Of a stretch of DNA of 64,000 bases, positions 25,601 to 36,719 are shown piece by piece. The stretch's first letter is position 1. Every line of letters starts with the position of its first letter. The stretch lies in contig CM120644.1 in the NCBI GenBank assembly GCA_051362555.1, positions 12,360,567 through 12,424,566 of the forward strand, read 5' to 3'. The translations under genes and the position numbers were made by a program. Origin of the DNA: Lingula anatina. Lineage: Eukaryota > Animalia > Brachiopoda. The notes beneath the pieces are model-generated. The model saw nothing but the letters and a program-made list of their open reading frames with translations. It had not been told where the DNA came from and did not search any database.

Positions 25601-28600
25601 GTGGCATATTTTAGATTAGTACATTCAGGTACAAACTAAAACTTGAACTAGTTCAGATCTTGTCTAAAATATAGACCCAACTAAGAATGCATAAAATCTA
25701 AAGCTACAGGTAAATAGGCAGACATATATCTAACAAGTACAGATAGATACAAAGGAAACAAATATCTAGAACACTACAATAAAAACAATAATCATTAAAG
25801 CATCATATTCTACAAAATACTCAAAAGTTTATCCTGTTGACCAAAAATAAATAAATAAATGAATGATAAATAAATTATTAGCATGACTGTTTACTTACTT
25901 TTTGACAAATGGAATAATTATGAGTTGAGTATCTAGTCCAAATATGGCAAAAACAATAAACGGCTGTAAAGGAAAAAAGTCAGTGTGAACATCATAATTA
26001 TATATTATCCATTTACTCTGTACAAAATAAGTAAATAAAAATGAAAGGAGAATGTAAAATAATGAATATTTTCGTTTTTAATGATTTGCCACTTTATTTG
26101 GACATTTTTTGGTGAAGAACTCCCCATAACATAATAAATCAAATCGAAAGAAATATCACCCAATACATTACCTGTCCAAAATTAAATACACTATCCAGAA
26201 ACTCTATCTCTATGTACACGCCAGAAGATATATTCTCCCTATACTCTCCAAAAAGCCGCCACAGACATAAGAAGATACCCTAAAAAGGAAAAGACAGGAA
26301 TTGCTGATCAAAATGATATTAATTAAGGTGGGTGGGGGTGGGGGAGGGGTGGGGTGGGATGGGGGTTATGTTTATTTGTTCATTTCATGTACTTGAGGGC
26401 ATATATTCAGGTACGATTTTAAACTAAAATATTTTGACATCCACATGTCCAATGTCCCTGAGTGAGTTGATGTCCAAGGGTGGATTTTTAACAAGACCCT
26501 GTTGCATCCCAGACAATGATGTGCCTCAAAAATAAATAAATAAATAAATAAATAAGCTAAGGTTATGAAGATGATACACACATGACTTGATCAACAAAAC
26601 CCTGACTAGTTTTGATAAAGTTTCAAATAATAAATCATTATAGAAGTCTAAATTGTCTATACAGGCTCTGGTAGAATTCAAAATTACTATGGCTTGCTTG
26701 CATTATCCCATCACTTACAATGAGCATTGACAACAACAGCACCAGTAACATCACAACATGGCGGGTAATCTGATATTCGTCGTCTGCCTCGGGGTCAGAA
26801 TGCAAAGTGACTTCTTCTATGGCAGTATTATCTTTGTGGTATTGGCGTACTCTCTCCAGACATTCCCGTCGTTGCGCCTGAGAACACGAGGCTGAGAGAA
26901 GACAGGTGTCTTCCCTGAAGTCGCGCTCTGGGGCAGAATTCATAGAATCCCGGGAAGATTGTGAGCCTCCTGCCTTTGATGATTTGGATTTTGGTGCATC
27001 TGGGACTATGTCCTCTACATCTGGAAAATCAGAATTTTTGCTTCCTTTCATTGATGTGCAATATTACCAAATAAATACAATTCTTGAAAATAAATAAATA
27101 AATAAATAAATTAAATGTCCTCACTGAATCCAACACTGAAGCAGAGATAGAGAGACATACTTTTATGTTGAAACTTTAGGAAATGTATTGATACTTTGTT
27201 AGTTAGTTTTTAAATTAATCTTATTCATTCTTTGTCATCTTTTTAACTTTACTTCACAAAATCCTTCATACTGGTTATATAAGGTTTATGTTAGTATTCT
27301 TCACTTAAAGAAAAGCTATGTGTGGGAAGGCAAGAATGCTATAAGTTTGAGACCAAAAAGACAATATTATTTTTAATAATCAAACCTTTTAAGTGTTAGT
27401 GCTAAAGATAAGTAAATGAAATAGTTTGTTCACACAGGGTCAGTTTAGAGCTGATCAGTGATTGGATAAACTCAAGCAGCTAAATAACCAAGCCCATTAC
27501 ATTTCAGTGGCGATCCTAATACATAGGGCATGACAAGGATCTGTATTACCAAACCTTAACTGGAAGTATTTTTGCATGCGCCATCTTTCAAAGAGAATAA
27601 TTTGAAATAGTAAAAAGCACATGTCCGTACCCACAGTGGTCATCTTCATGCATTGTTTGCAAGAACCGCATGCCACCTTGTTACTACTACCACCCTCCAT
27701 TAAAGACATGCAAACACCTTCAAGCTGACTTTTCTTCTGCCTTTGTTGGCGCATTCTGAGTATATCTTCAGGCATTTCATTATCGGTTTCCTGCTCGCTA
27801 GGAATATCAAAGCCTTCCTGGTTAATTGATTTATACTTGGTGGTGGTATTACCATTTTGTGGCAACAAATGGTAGTTGTGGTGGTGGCGGTCCCAGCGAT
27901 GTTGGAGGACGAGGCAGACGATGGTCAAGATGGTGGAAATGAATAGGATGACAGCTGATAATATGAACTGGAAGAGAATTATGGGAATGATGAAAGACAT
28001 ATGACTAAACAGTTTTTTCTCACTGCATTTGAACAAAACTGATTGACCACATTTCTTTAGACAAAGATAAAGGATAAGGGTTCTCTTCAGAGGATGCACA
28101 CCTTTTAAAGGGATAACAACTCTTCATATGAGATTCAAAATTCCACATTACATAGAAATATAATAAATTCCATTCTACCACCAAAACGGTGGTTATCACA
28201 ATTATTCTGAAATCTGTGCTTGCCATCGGACCACAAGAACCTTCGTAATAATCTCTTGAAAAACAATTGACCAACTAAGAATGTCAGAATGGATTCATTG
28301 ACCATTGGTAAGTATGGAAACATTGTTGTTTACCCTGGCCAAGAAAATTCATTTTATGCCCTTCCTGCCAAAATGGAGAGTTGTTATATCTTTAAGTAAC
28401 TGAATATAATAGTTTTGAAAAAATTCATTACTGGAATGAGCGTATGTTTGAAATTTGAGAGAAAATGCCATTAACTCCATTACGACTTATTGAAATCGTT
28501 AATTCAAAATGCATCCCTTCAAAATTAGTGTTCAGTTAAAAACATCTGTTATCCAATGAAAGCAAAATATTTAAGACAATTTTTACAAATATATTGACAC

Positions 28601-31600
28601 ATACAGATACTTTAATTAAATATTTTGTTTGTAATAACAAATCATTTTGGCTAAGTGATTTCAAGGTAAAAGATGTTCCATTAAAAAAAAAAAGTCTCAT
28701 CCCATATTTATATTTTGATGTTATTAAAGAGGAATATAAGCACTAAAACGATATTTTATGAGAAAATAGTCAAAAAATTTAAAGAAACAGAGCACACTTC
28801 AATATTATGATCGACTAGAATCAAAAGATGATCATTAACTTATTACGAACAATACACATTCTTGTTACCAATTTTTTCAAAGTAAATTACTGAAATATAA
28901 TAAACACATTAAAACTGCTGGAATGAATAAGCAAAAAGTTGAAAGGTAACACTTCTATTGAAAGTTATGCAGTTTAACAAAATAAGCTGTAACAAGCAAA
29001 GCAATATATAAAGGTTCAATTTCCAAGTAAAAATGTCATTTTCAGCTGGTAAAGCAAAAGGCACATATCAAAGCAAATTTATATTTAAACATAACTAGTA
29101 CTTCATGGCTAGCTGAATTTTTTAAAACTATGACAAATTTTACATAAAGTTTTCATAAAAAATAAAATGATAAAAGATGAACACCTAATCATATTCTTTA
29201 ACTTAAATTAAGCTGTTTACATTTTAAGTCTCCATTTATTGCATTGATAGCAATTTAAACATTCAAAAAGCTATTAAAAGCAGAATCACATTCAGGATTC
29301 CAAATCAGAGCACCTGTCAAAGTCAAGCAAGTAAAAGCGGCTATGATCTGCTGAAATGCCACCTGTTTGTTAAAAAGCTCCGACAGGGCCTCTTCAACCT
29401 ACAGCACAGTAAGATATATCAGCTGAAAGCTGTGATAATGCAATATAACCAGTACCAAGAAAATATGTGGGTAAATATGCCTGTAAGATAAGAAATGACA
29501 CATACACATATATGAAAAGCAGACAACAATATACACTGCTATAAACTGCTGTAATATACCAAGTGCTAACTTTTGCAAGACATTCAATTGCATGAATAGC
29601 CCTTTGCGTCAAGAATACTCAGAAGGTGCATTTACACTGGAAATAGGTCCATCTACTCTAGATCTCACTGTGAAGTGTCTGATTGAGGTACAACATAAGC
29701 TCGCCATAGGCAAAAAATGCTACCTCCACGCTCCGGCCAAATACCACATTGTGGTGCATGTTACATCAGGGATCATTGGAAGATCTCTTTAATGCCCATG
29801 GTAAGCTAAGTACTCTCTAACCTCCCGCAGAAAAAAAGTCATATTAAGATGGCTGTCCTATCTTCAGTGTAAATGTGTCTCTGATGTCTCACACAAACCC
29901 CTTTCATGACATATACAACTCATAACACTGCAAAAAGTTACACTATTTTAGCAAATAAAATGGCCAACTTTTCTATGAATCTTACAAATTATTACCTGAG
30001 GGTTGCCATATTGGAAAGAAGGATCATTATCCACGGTGCGTTGCCCTGCAGTAAATATTAATAAGAGGCCAGTGGAGAGGATAGGGACCCTGGAAAAAAT
30101 GGAAATAAAATTGATATTCAGTATCATCTTACTGTATCAGACATGCCCTTGTGTCACTATAAATGACTTATCAATATAAAGGGCTATAAAAACCTCCCAA
30201 GTCTGACAAAACTGTTGGCAATTTAAGTTCCCAAACTTGCTTGTGACTGTAACGGTTTTGGCTCTGCTTCCTATTACAAAGTCAACCATTATTACTAAAT
30301 GCTAATGCATTAAGTAAAGCTTTGCAACAAAATGAAGTTCTGAGTTCTAAAGTGGAAGCTAGGAGACTTACCCAAATCCACCAAACAACAAACAGATCCG
30401 GTTCCGTAGCACAAAGCAGATGCTGCGCACTTTGAGGAAGCAGAGCGCTAGCGCCACCATGGCGGTCATGCAGCGTGAACTGAACACTCCAACCAGGAGG
30501 ATGACAAACTGGATGTAGTGAGCCCAGCCGAGGTTGGAAGGAATGAGGTGCCATATTATCATGCCTAAACAGCCCAGGGACTGAAATTGTTGAAATGAGG
30601 ACCTTGTTGAAGGAGCATCCAGACATTAATAGCATTAAAGTTAGTCAGTTACCAACATATTGTTTAAGGTACATCGCCTAAACAGCCCTAAACTGCAAGT
30701 CTTCACAAGATCATGAGAACCTTGTTGAAGTAGCATCCAGACAATTACTGCACTAAAGTTGGTCAGCTACTACCATACTGCTCAAGGTACAATGATAAGC
30801 TTCTAAGTAATCAAAGGCATTTTTTTTCAGAATAATTCCAGTACAAACAAAATCAACTTAACATAGATATAAATTTAGCCACTTGTCTAACCACAGATTT
30901 GGATAACTGAAGAGACAATATATTCAGGTATTGTCCCAGTTTTTACCTGTGCTATCACTAGCATCATTACAAACTGGTGAGGCACTTTTCTCCATTTTCT
31001 ACCCAGAATCATCACAGTCATTGTCCAGACCTAAAAAAGGGAAAAAGCAGCATGTGTATCAATGTTCAGTTTTGTTATAAATGAGAATTTTTTCATTAAG
31101 TTTAGCCTGCATGCTTCCTTTTTTCTTTAAGAATGGGCTCTTAAAGGAAAAGGAAAATAGAAAGATAGAAAGAAGTCCTGAAAATGAGGAAAAGCCCCAA
31201 CCCCTTATCTAAGAAATGTGAAAATAATAATTCAATAATTAAACGGAAACAATGAGCTACATGTATATCAATTAGGCCCACAAACTTGGCAAACTACTAT
31301 AATTATTCATCATTTTGAGCTTAAGAAAAGAAGAATGCAGGATACTTACACTACATACAATACCCAGTATACTGACATCAAATGAAGTGATTGTCAAAAT
31401 GTCTTTATACATATCTGGATCTAGCACGGGCAGCGTGATCACGCGTGCTGACACGAACATCAGAGGTGCAGACAGAAAGGTCCCTATGACGGTTCCTGCA
31501 GCAATCTGAAAGTTGACGTAAAAGAAATTTTTACTTTGTACTACAGTCACTGCTAGTTTTTACACCAGATGTTAAACCAGCTGTAAATCAGCAATATTAG

Positions 31601-33065
31601 CCCACTGGCAAGGGCCTTTGACTGATATATCTGGTGTCATTTAAATTGAAATTAAAAAAAAAAAAAAAAAAAAACTGATTTACCAGTAAAAAACTTCACC
31701 ACAGTTTCAAATCAATTTTTCCTCATCTAAAAACTGTTTAGAGACACATTTTAACACATTTGAGTTCAGTTTGAACTTTGAATTAAATACTTACAGTTTC
31801 TGGTGCCAAGTTATATGTGCTGGCATATAAAAATACACTGGGAGCAGTGGGTATGGTACCATATAGAAAGCCATATGAACTGTAGGCAAGGGTGTCATTT
31901 CTATTCACACTGGGCTGTAGACCTATGACAATCTCTCTGGTGACAAGGGGAAGAATGAGCCTGGAAAATGATAAATTCGAGTCCTAATTTAGCACATGAC
32001 TTTTGATTCTGGAAAATAATAAATCCAAGTACAAAACAGAATCCTTTATACCACTTTAATAAGAAGACAATTGTCACGCTGGTTGAGCTGTATAAATGTA
32101 ATGACAAAATTAAAAACATGGGTTACAACCTTAAGTTAAACAGGGTTTAAAATATAATGACATGTATTACTCATCCCAAGTACTATGAGCAAAATAAGAA
32201 CAAAATATCAAACAAGATTCAGCAATCAAATTAATAAAGAAGCTGGTTCTTTGCAAGTGGGTCTGTCAAGACAAAAACTTGCCAAAACTTATCACACAAT
32301 TTGTCTGTCTGTTCCACATCTTTTCTTCAGTTCTTACTTCAGTAAAAAAGAATACTTAATGATACTTACAGTTTGGCCACAATCAGGAGTATAGGGGTAA
32401 TAAGTGCTTTCCCTCCAATGTGCTGTATCTTTCCCACCATACTCAGTCCCAGGTAGAACAGCGCCACTGCACTGAAGGACTGACCTACAGGAACATTGAC
32501 AATATCTGTGTCACACTTCAGTTTGCTATCAATCAGACATGGGGAAAACTTAAGACATATTGAAGGTCAGGAAAACCTGCACTCAAGCATCTGAAGGTCC
32601 TCCCAATTTAGTGCTGGTCCAAACTATTTACAATATGGCGATTTATTATTTTGTATTGTGTTTTCACATTAACTTTGCTAGGCCAGATGACCTGCGACAT
32701 CAGAAATCCTGCAGATCCTCTGGCATTTCAAGTGGTCATGACCAGTCGGACAGGCATTTTCCCCCCATGTCCGATAATAAAGGCAATGAGCTGCATCAAA
32801 AAAGATTTGAAAACTGATAGTTGTTCCTGATTTAAAAGCCCCAAAACTGGTCTACTTCAATACAGAACAAATCAGTATAAGGGTCTACTAAACTGACATA
32901 ACCAATGATCTTAAACATTATCCCTTGTTTTTACAATTCAGTAATCTCACTAGGATATATATGAATTGTTAAAGTTATTTTCAGTTTTTTTTTTTTCAAA
33001 AATACACATCCACACACAAATGTTTGCTTACAAACACACACACACACATACACAAACACACACAC

Positions 33066-33096
<31 letters not shown>

Positions 33097-33100
33097 TACA

Positions 33101-33133
<33 letters not shown>

Positions 33134-35066
33134 CTATTCCAAACCTTTCCTCACCTAACACAGTCAGAATGTCATCAATCACAGCAGGCAACTTGTGGTT
33201 GAACACAAAGTTCCCAATGATGCCAATAATAGTCATGAATACCAGAGGATTGAGCAAAACTCCCTTGCACACATGAAGCGCCAGCTGGAAAGTAGACAAA
33301 CATGTTTAGTCATGCAATGAGGTCATAACATTTCTTTATTATCTTTTAAGTGCTGGAAAACATCTATCAAGGCCAACTTTGCAAAGGGCTCAAGTTGCAG
33401 TCAAAGCTTAATTTAAAAATACCATGCAACACTTTTTTCCAGAACATAAATATCATGCAATGTTTTTTCACGCCCAGCTTGGTGTGATAAACAAAAAGAA
33501 GAGCATGAAAACGAAAAATATGATTATTTAATATTGCAATTTTAAAAGTAAATTTAGCTTGCTTCTCCAATCACTCGTATCTGGCTAACAAAAAACAAGA
33601 CCATCTTAGCTAAACAATCTTCAAATATCAATATTCACTTTTTTATACCACAAACCTTTAAATTGCTGGACTTTTCATGTTCCCCAGATTCTTTTCTCTT
33701 CTCCAGTTCCATCATGGTAAAGCCTATAGGATTCAGTATGACCAGAGATATAGGGGCAGCCAGGTAGATATACTCTATAAAGTTTGGGTGCGTTCCCTGG
33801 TACAAAGCACTAACTGGAAGGAAATGTAATAATAATGATATATATTTCTTAATGTAAATAGCACAGTACATATCTTAATGACATGTGCACTGGAAGTTAA
33901 TTTTAATTTAATATTGTGTATGAAGGGACTTCTATAGTAATAATAACAATTCAGAGAAAAAAAATAGAGGCAAGGGAAATATGTTCTTTGGTCATATTGT
34001 TTCCTTCAGTAATGATTAAGGCACCAGTCCACCCCCTCCCAAGCTCCCACACCTATGTATTACATTATAGGCATAATACATCAATGTCTTGCTAATTTCA
34101 ACCCTTTTGTGGGGGCCCTATGATTAAACCAAGCTATGCAAGGCCGGATATTTGTATCCCTCTGGCCTCAGGGGCCATTTCTCCAGTTTGGTGCCATGCC
34201 CATTACTGGACAGGCATATAATTATTTAGAACATACAAATTATATTAATTTTGCTGTGGATGACAATCTTAGAAGACACACAATGAGAGTAAGACTTTGA
34301 CAACAAAAAAAAAAAAAAAAGATGTCTGAAAATATCAAAACCAAAACTGCTGAGAAATTAACAGTATACAAACTAAAATCTGAATTTCAAATTGCTAGAA
34401 TTACTCCATTAATTTACAGATTATATCTCCATTACTAGCTCCAGAATGGAAATTATCTATTTAAGTCTCACTAATTTACACACATAACATGAGCAATGGT
34501 AATGTACAGGTATATAATTAATATTAACCTTTAGGAATATAGGAATAATGGAAGTTTAATTCGAACCCTGTCCTTATTCTGTAATCTAACCCTGATTGTG
34601 TGACATAACTGAACCACGTTGACTTACTGATAGGGTAGCCGAGTGCAAAGTCATTACTCTGCGTAGTAAATATGGCATACAATCCAGCCTTCCCATAGCT
34701 CATCGGCCGAACAAGAATCAGCGTAAACACAAGCACCACTAAAAACAGTCCTGCTTTTGCGATAAGTATGCTGGCCAAAAATTTCCAGTTCACTTCACTA
34801 AAATTCAAAGTGGCCATGCTTTTGAAAAGTAACGCTGGCAAGGCAAACGTTGAGACATAAGTGCCAATTCCCTTTCCCTGGAGTTTACCAATAAGGTTGA
34901 AACGTCCAGCGATGTATCCGCACAAAATGATAACGAAGCACTGCACGATGGCAGGGTACAGATTATTGAAGGGGTCCTCCATGTGTATGATGTCACTAGA
35001 TGGCGTTGTCACCACAGTGGAACCGTTTGACACCACCAAAACTGACTTGTCTTGCAATCCTGCCAT
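22366..35066 (-). CDS. GPR155: GPR155 / LYCHOS lysosomal cholesterol sensor (PIN-like permease + 7TM/LED + DEP), complete CDS, 15 exons
   Basis: Exons 35066-34628, 33813-33656, 33284-33155, 32484-32370, 31960-31795, 31505-31350, 31030-30947, 30580-30372, 30089-29996, 27967-27631, 27020-26719, 26279-26172, 25963-25899, 24004-23864, 22603-22366; all GT-AG and phase-consistent. Motifs: YPAIVQCF..LCGYIAGR, QSNDFALGYP, YGTIPTAPSV, QITRHVV, FNFGQ, TCEQF..YH, and the DEP motif FTGEDLVKWL..VGLA. Confidence 0.95.
23864..24004 (-). CDS. GPR155: GPR155 coding exon 14
   Basis: ctatag|A..AGAAG|gtgaga; WRKLIYG..VKHTCEQFNHYHKERC. Confidence 0.9.
25043..25224. mobile_element. MITE, family D, in a GPR155 intron
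   Basis: TIRs of about 40 bp: gccctggtttcacaaaagaacttaag..tccctgact / agtcaggga..cttaagtttttttgtgaaactggggc. Confidence 0.75.
25899..25963 (-). CDS. GPR155: GPR155 coding exon 13
   Basis: tttacag|CCG..AAAAA|gtaagt; PFIVFAIFGLDTQLIIIPF. Confidence 0.88.
26172..26279 (-). CDS. GPR155: GPR155 coding exon 12
   Basis: tttttag|GGT..CAG|gtaatg; GIFLCLWRL..GVYIEIEFLDSVFNFGQ. Confidence 0.9.
26719..27020 (-). CDS. GPR155: GPR155 coding exon 11 (LED + TM)
   Basis: ttccag|AT..ATT|gtaagt; DVEDI...CLLSASC...EYQITRHVVMLL. Confidence 0.9.
27631..27967 (-). CDS. GPR155: GPR155 coding exon 10 (TM + start of LED); donor uncertain (27718, 27631 or 27550)
   Basis: cttccag|TTC acceptor; three in-frame phase-1 GT sites within ORF 27497..28099. 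Confidence 0.78.
28109..28391. mobile_element. Family C copy 2 (inverted, more diverged) in a GPR155 intron
   Basis: Colinear with the reverse complement of 15197-15533 (catagaaatataat, atggattcatt.accattggt.agtatgg, gaaaattcatttt); TTAA on both sides. Confidence 0.8.
29996..30089 (-). CDS. GPR155: GPR155 coding exon 9
   Basis: ttccag|G..CAG|gtaata; VPILSTGLLL...DPSFQYGNPQ. Confidence 0.88.
30372..30580 (-). CDS. GPR155: GPR155 coding exon 8
   Basis: atttcag|TCC..TTTGG|gtaagt; HYIQFVILLVGVFSSR. Confidence 0.88.
30561..30792. repeat. Diverged tandem duplication (about 115 bp x2) spanning the GPR155 exon 8 acceptor
   Basis: gcctaaacagccc..accttgttgaag.agcatccagaca..taaagtt.gtcag..aaggtaca occurs at 30561-30673 and 30674-30792. 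Confidence 0.8.
30947..31030 (-). CDS. GPR155: GPR155 coding exon 7
   Basis: tttttag|GTC..CAG|gtaaaa; VWTMTVMILGRKWRKVPHQFVMMLVIAQ. Confidence 0.88.
31350..31505 (-). CDS. GPR155: GPR155 coding exon 6
   Basis: tttcag|ATT..AGT|gtaagt; IAAGTVIGTFLSAPLMFVSA. Confidence 0.9.
31795..31960 (-). CDS. GPR155: GPR155 coding exon 5
   Basis: ttccag|G..ACT|gtaagt; LILPLVTREIV...YGFLYGTIPTAPSVFLYA. Confidence 0.9.
32370..32484 (-). CDS. GPR155: GPR155 coding exon 4
   Basis: ctgtag|GT..AAACT|gtaagt; QSFSAVALFYLGLSMVGK. Confidence 0.9.
33034..33133. repeat. (CA)n microsatellite
   Basis: Seen directly; about 20 nt into the intron after GPR155 exon 3. Confidence 0.9.
33155..33284 (-). CDS. GPR155: GPR155 coding exon 3
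   Basis: tttccag|CTG..TTAG|gtgagg; VLLNPLVFMTIIGIIGN. Confidence 0.9.
33656..33813 (-). CDS. GPR155: GPR155 coding exon 2
   Basis: cttccag|TT..AAG|gtttgt; ALYQGTHPNFIEYIYLAAPISLVILNPIGF. Confidence 0.9.
34628..35066 (-). CDS. GPR155: GPR155 coding exon 1 (ATG; permease TM1-4)
   Basis: ORF 34524..35066; donor ATCA|gtaagt after NDFALGYPI. Confidence 0.93.
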
Positions 35067-36681
35067 TTTGAATTGGGAAAATATTTACGAAAAAAAAAAA
35101 AAATTACCACTATTTGTCAACACTTCATTCCAGTTTGTCCTGAAAAGAATATACTAATACTTTGAAAAACCTCTTTCACGAAATGATAAAATCTCCTCCT
35201 GTTTCTTTAGATTTCATAACAATAATAGATCTTGCTTTTGGTTCTTTGTAATCACTAATGGCAATCGTTTCTTCACTTAAATATCATGTTTATCTTTTTC
35301 TTACTTCTCCAATTACTTTGTTAAAACAACTTGGAAAAACAATTCTCAGAATCTGGCTATCTTCTTCTCTTACTTCCTTTCACAATATCTCTTTCCAGTT
35401 TTTATCTCAGAAAGAGTAGTCATCAAATCTCACTCTAACTGGAATACTTAATAAATGTGTTGACCGTATTGTCTCAAATAAAAGGTCTGGTGGAGTCCTG
35501 ACATTTGATCGTCCAATTCCAATAACAAGTCCGGAATGAGCTTTCCTTCAAGTTAGTTACTTCAGTATCCACTGTAATTTAGTATGAACTATTGTCTGTT
35601 GCTGATGAACGTTACTTTGAATAATTAAGGTTCATATTGTCTGGCAGTAAGAAACCTTGAACTTTATGTGCTCCTTATTGGTCCTTTTAGAGTTGTACAT
35701 GCACGCAGTGTTCACGTAGCCGCATGTCAATTTTTACTTTTCACCTAGAGACACCAGCTGACATGTGAACAAACAATCTGAAAACAAAAAAAGAAAAGAA
35801 TCAAAAACAGGCAAGAATAATGCATTTAGGACATGAACAATTCAGGCAACCAAGTGGAAAGAGCTGCATGCAAAGAGCATTAACTTCAGAATAAAATGCC
35901 CAAAACTTGGCCTTTAAATGCCAGTCACATACAGCCACGTGGACCATCATGTGACCCCCCCCCCCCACACACACACTCACATGTACATAAGTGTACAGTT
36001 ATATAAATTATATATTAGTAACTTGGTTATACAAATCTTTAGCGACTAGTAGACACTTTTATAGGGAAGGTCACGAATTACAAAAGATGGATGCTCGGCA
36101 TGCTTGATATGTTCAGACAGATGCAGAGCTCTTCATTTAGAACTTTTCAGATACTATTAAGCTAGTAGCATCACAATCAGAACTGTCATTGGCAAAGACA
36201 ACATGTTTTGACTTAAAGACAATTGTAATTTTTTGGATAATTCAACTCCCATATTGTGAAAAAGGATTACTAGTAACTAATTCTGGAAAAAGTCTCAGCC
36301 ATGATTTTGATGCATGTGCACCTTTGCACATTCTCAAGCATCCACGCACATGTACACATACATAAGATCACCCTTCTTCCTTTATCGTGTCTTAATAACT
36401 CGTACTGCATACATTCAATGATAAAAATAATATATATATATATAATAATTACTCACTTTTCATTCAGAGTTGATCATCATTGCTATCTAGACAGCATTTC
36501 TGCGATTTGCGTTTAAAGACAACTGTTACAGATAAACAAAATGTAAGGTCCACGTTACATCTTAATGCGTACAGTCTTTATCATTGGTCAAGGTCTTTTT
36601 GATATATATACTTTAAAGGTATAGCAGGTGTTTACGTTCACATGCATGTGGCAGTGACACTAATCAACAATTCATGATTTG

Positions 36682-36719
<38 letters not shown>

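Noticed and set aside
32966-33202. His/Thr-rich ORF, and similar YIYI, FIYL and poly-Tyr ORFs at 13910, 18841, 50670 and 60925
   Set aside because: These are translations of microsatellites.
34628-35066. Horizontal transfer of a plant/bacterial auxin-efflux (PIN/AEC) transporter
   Set aside because: The PIN-like permease is the normal N-terminal domain of animal GPR155 and is spliced here to the 7TM and DEP exons.
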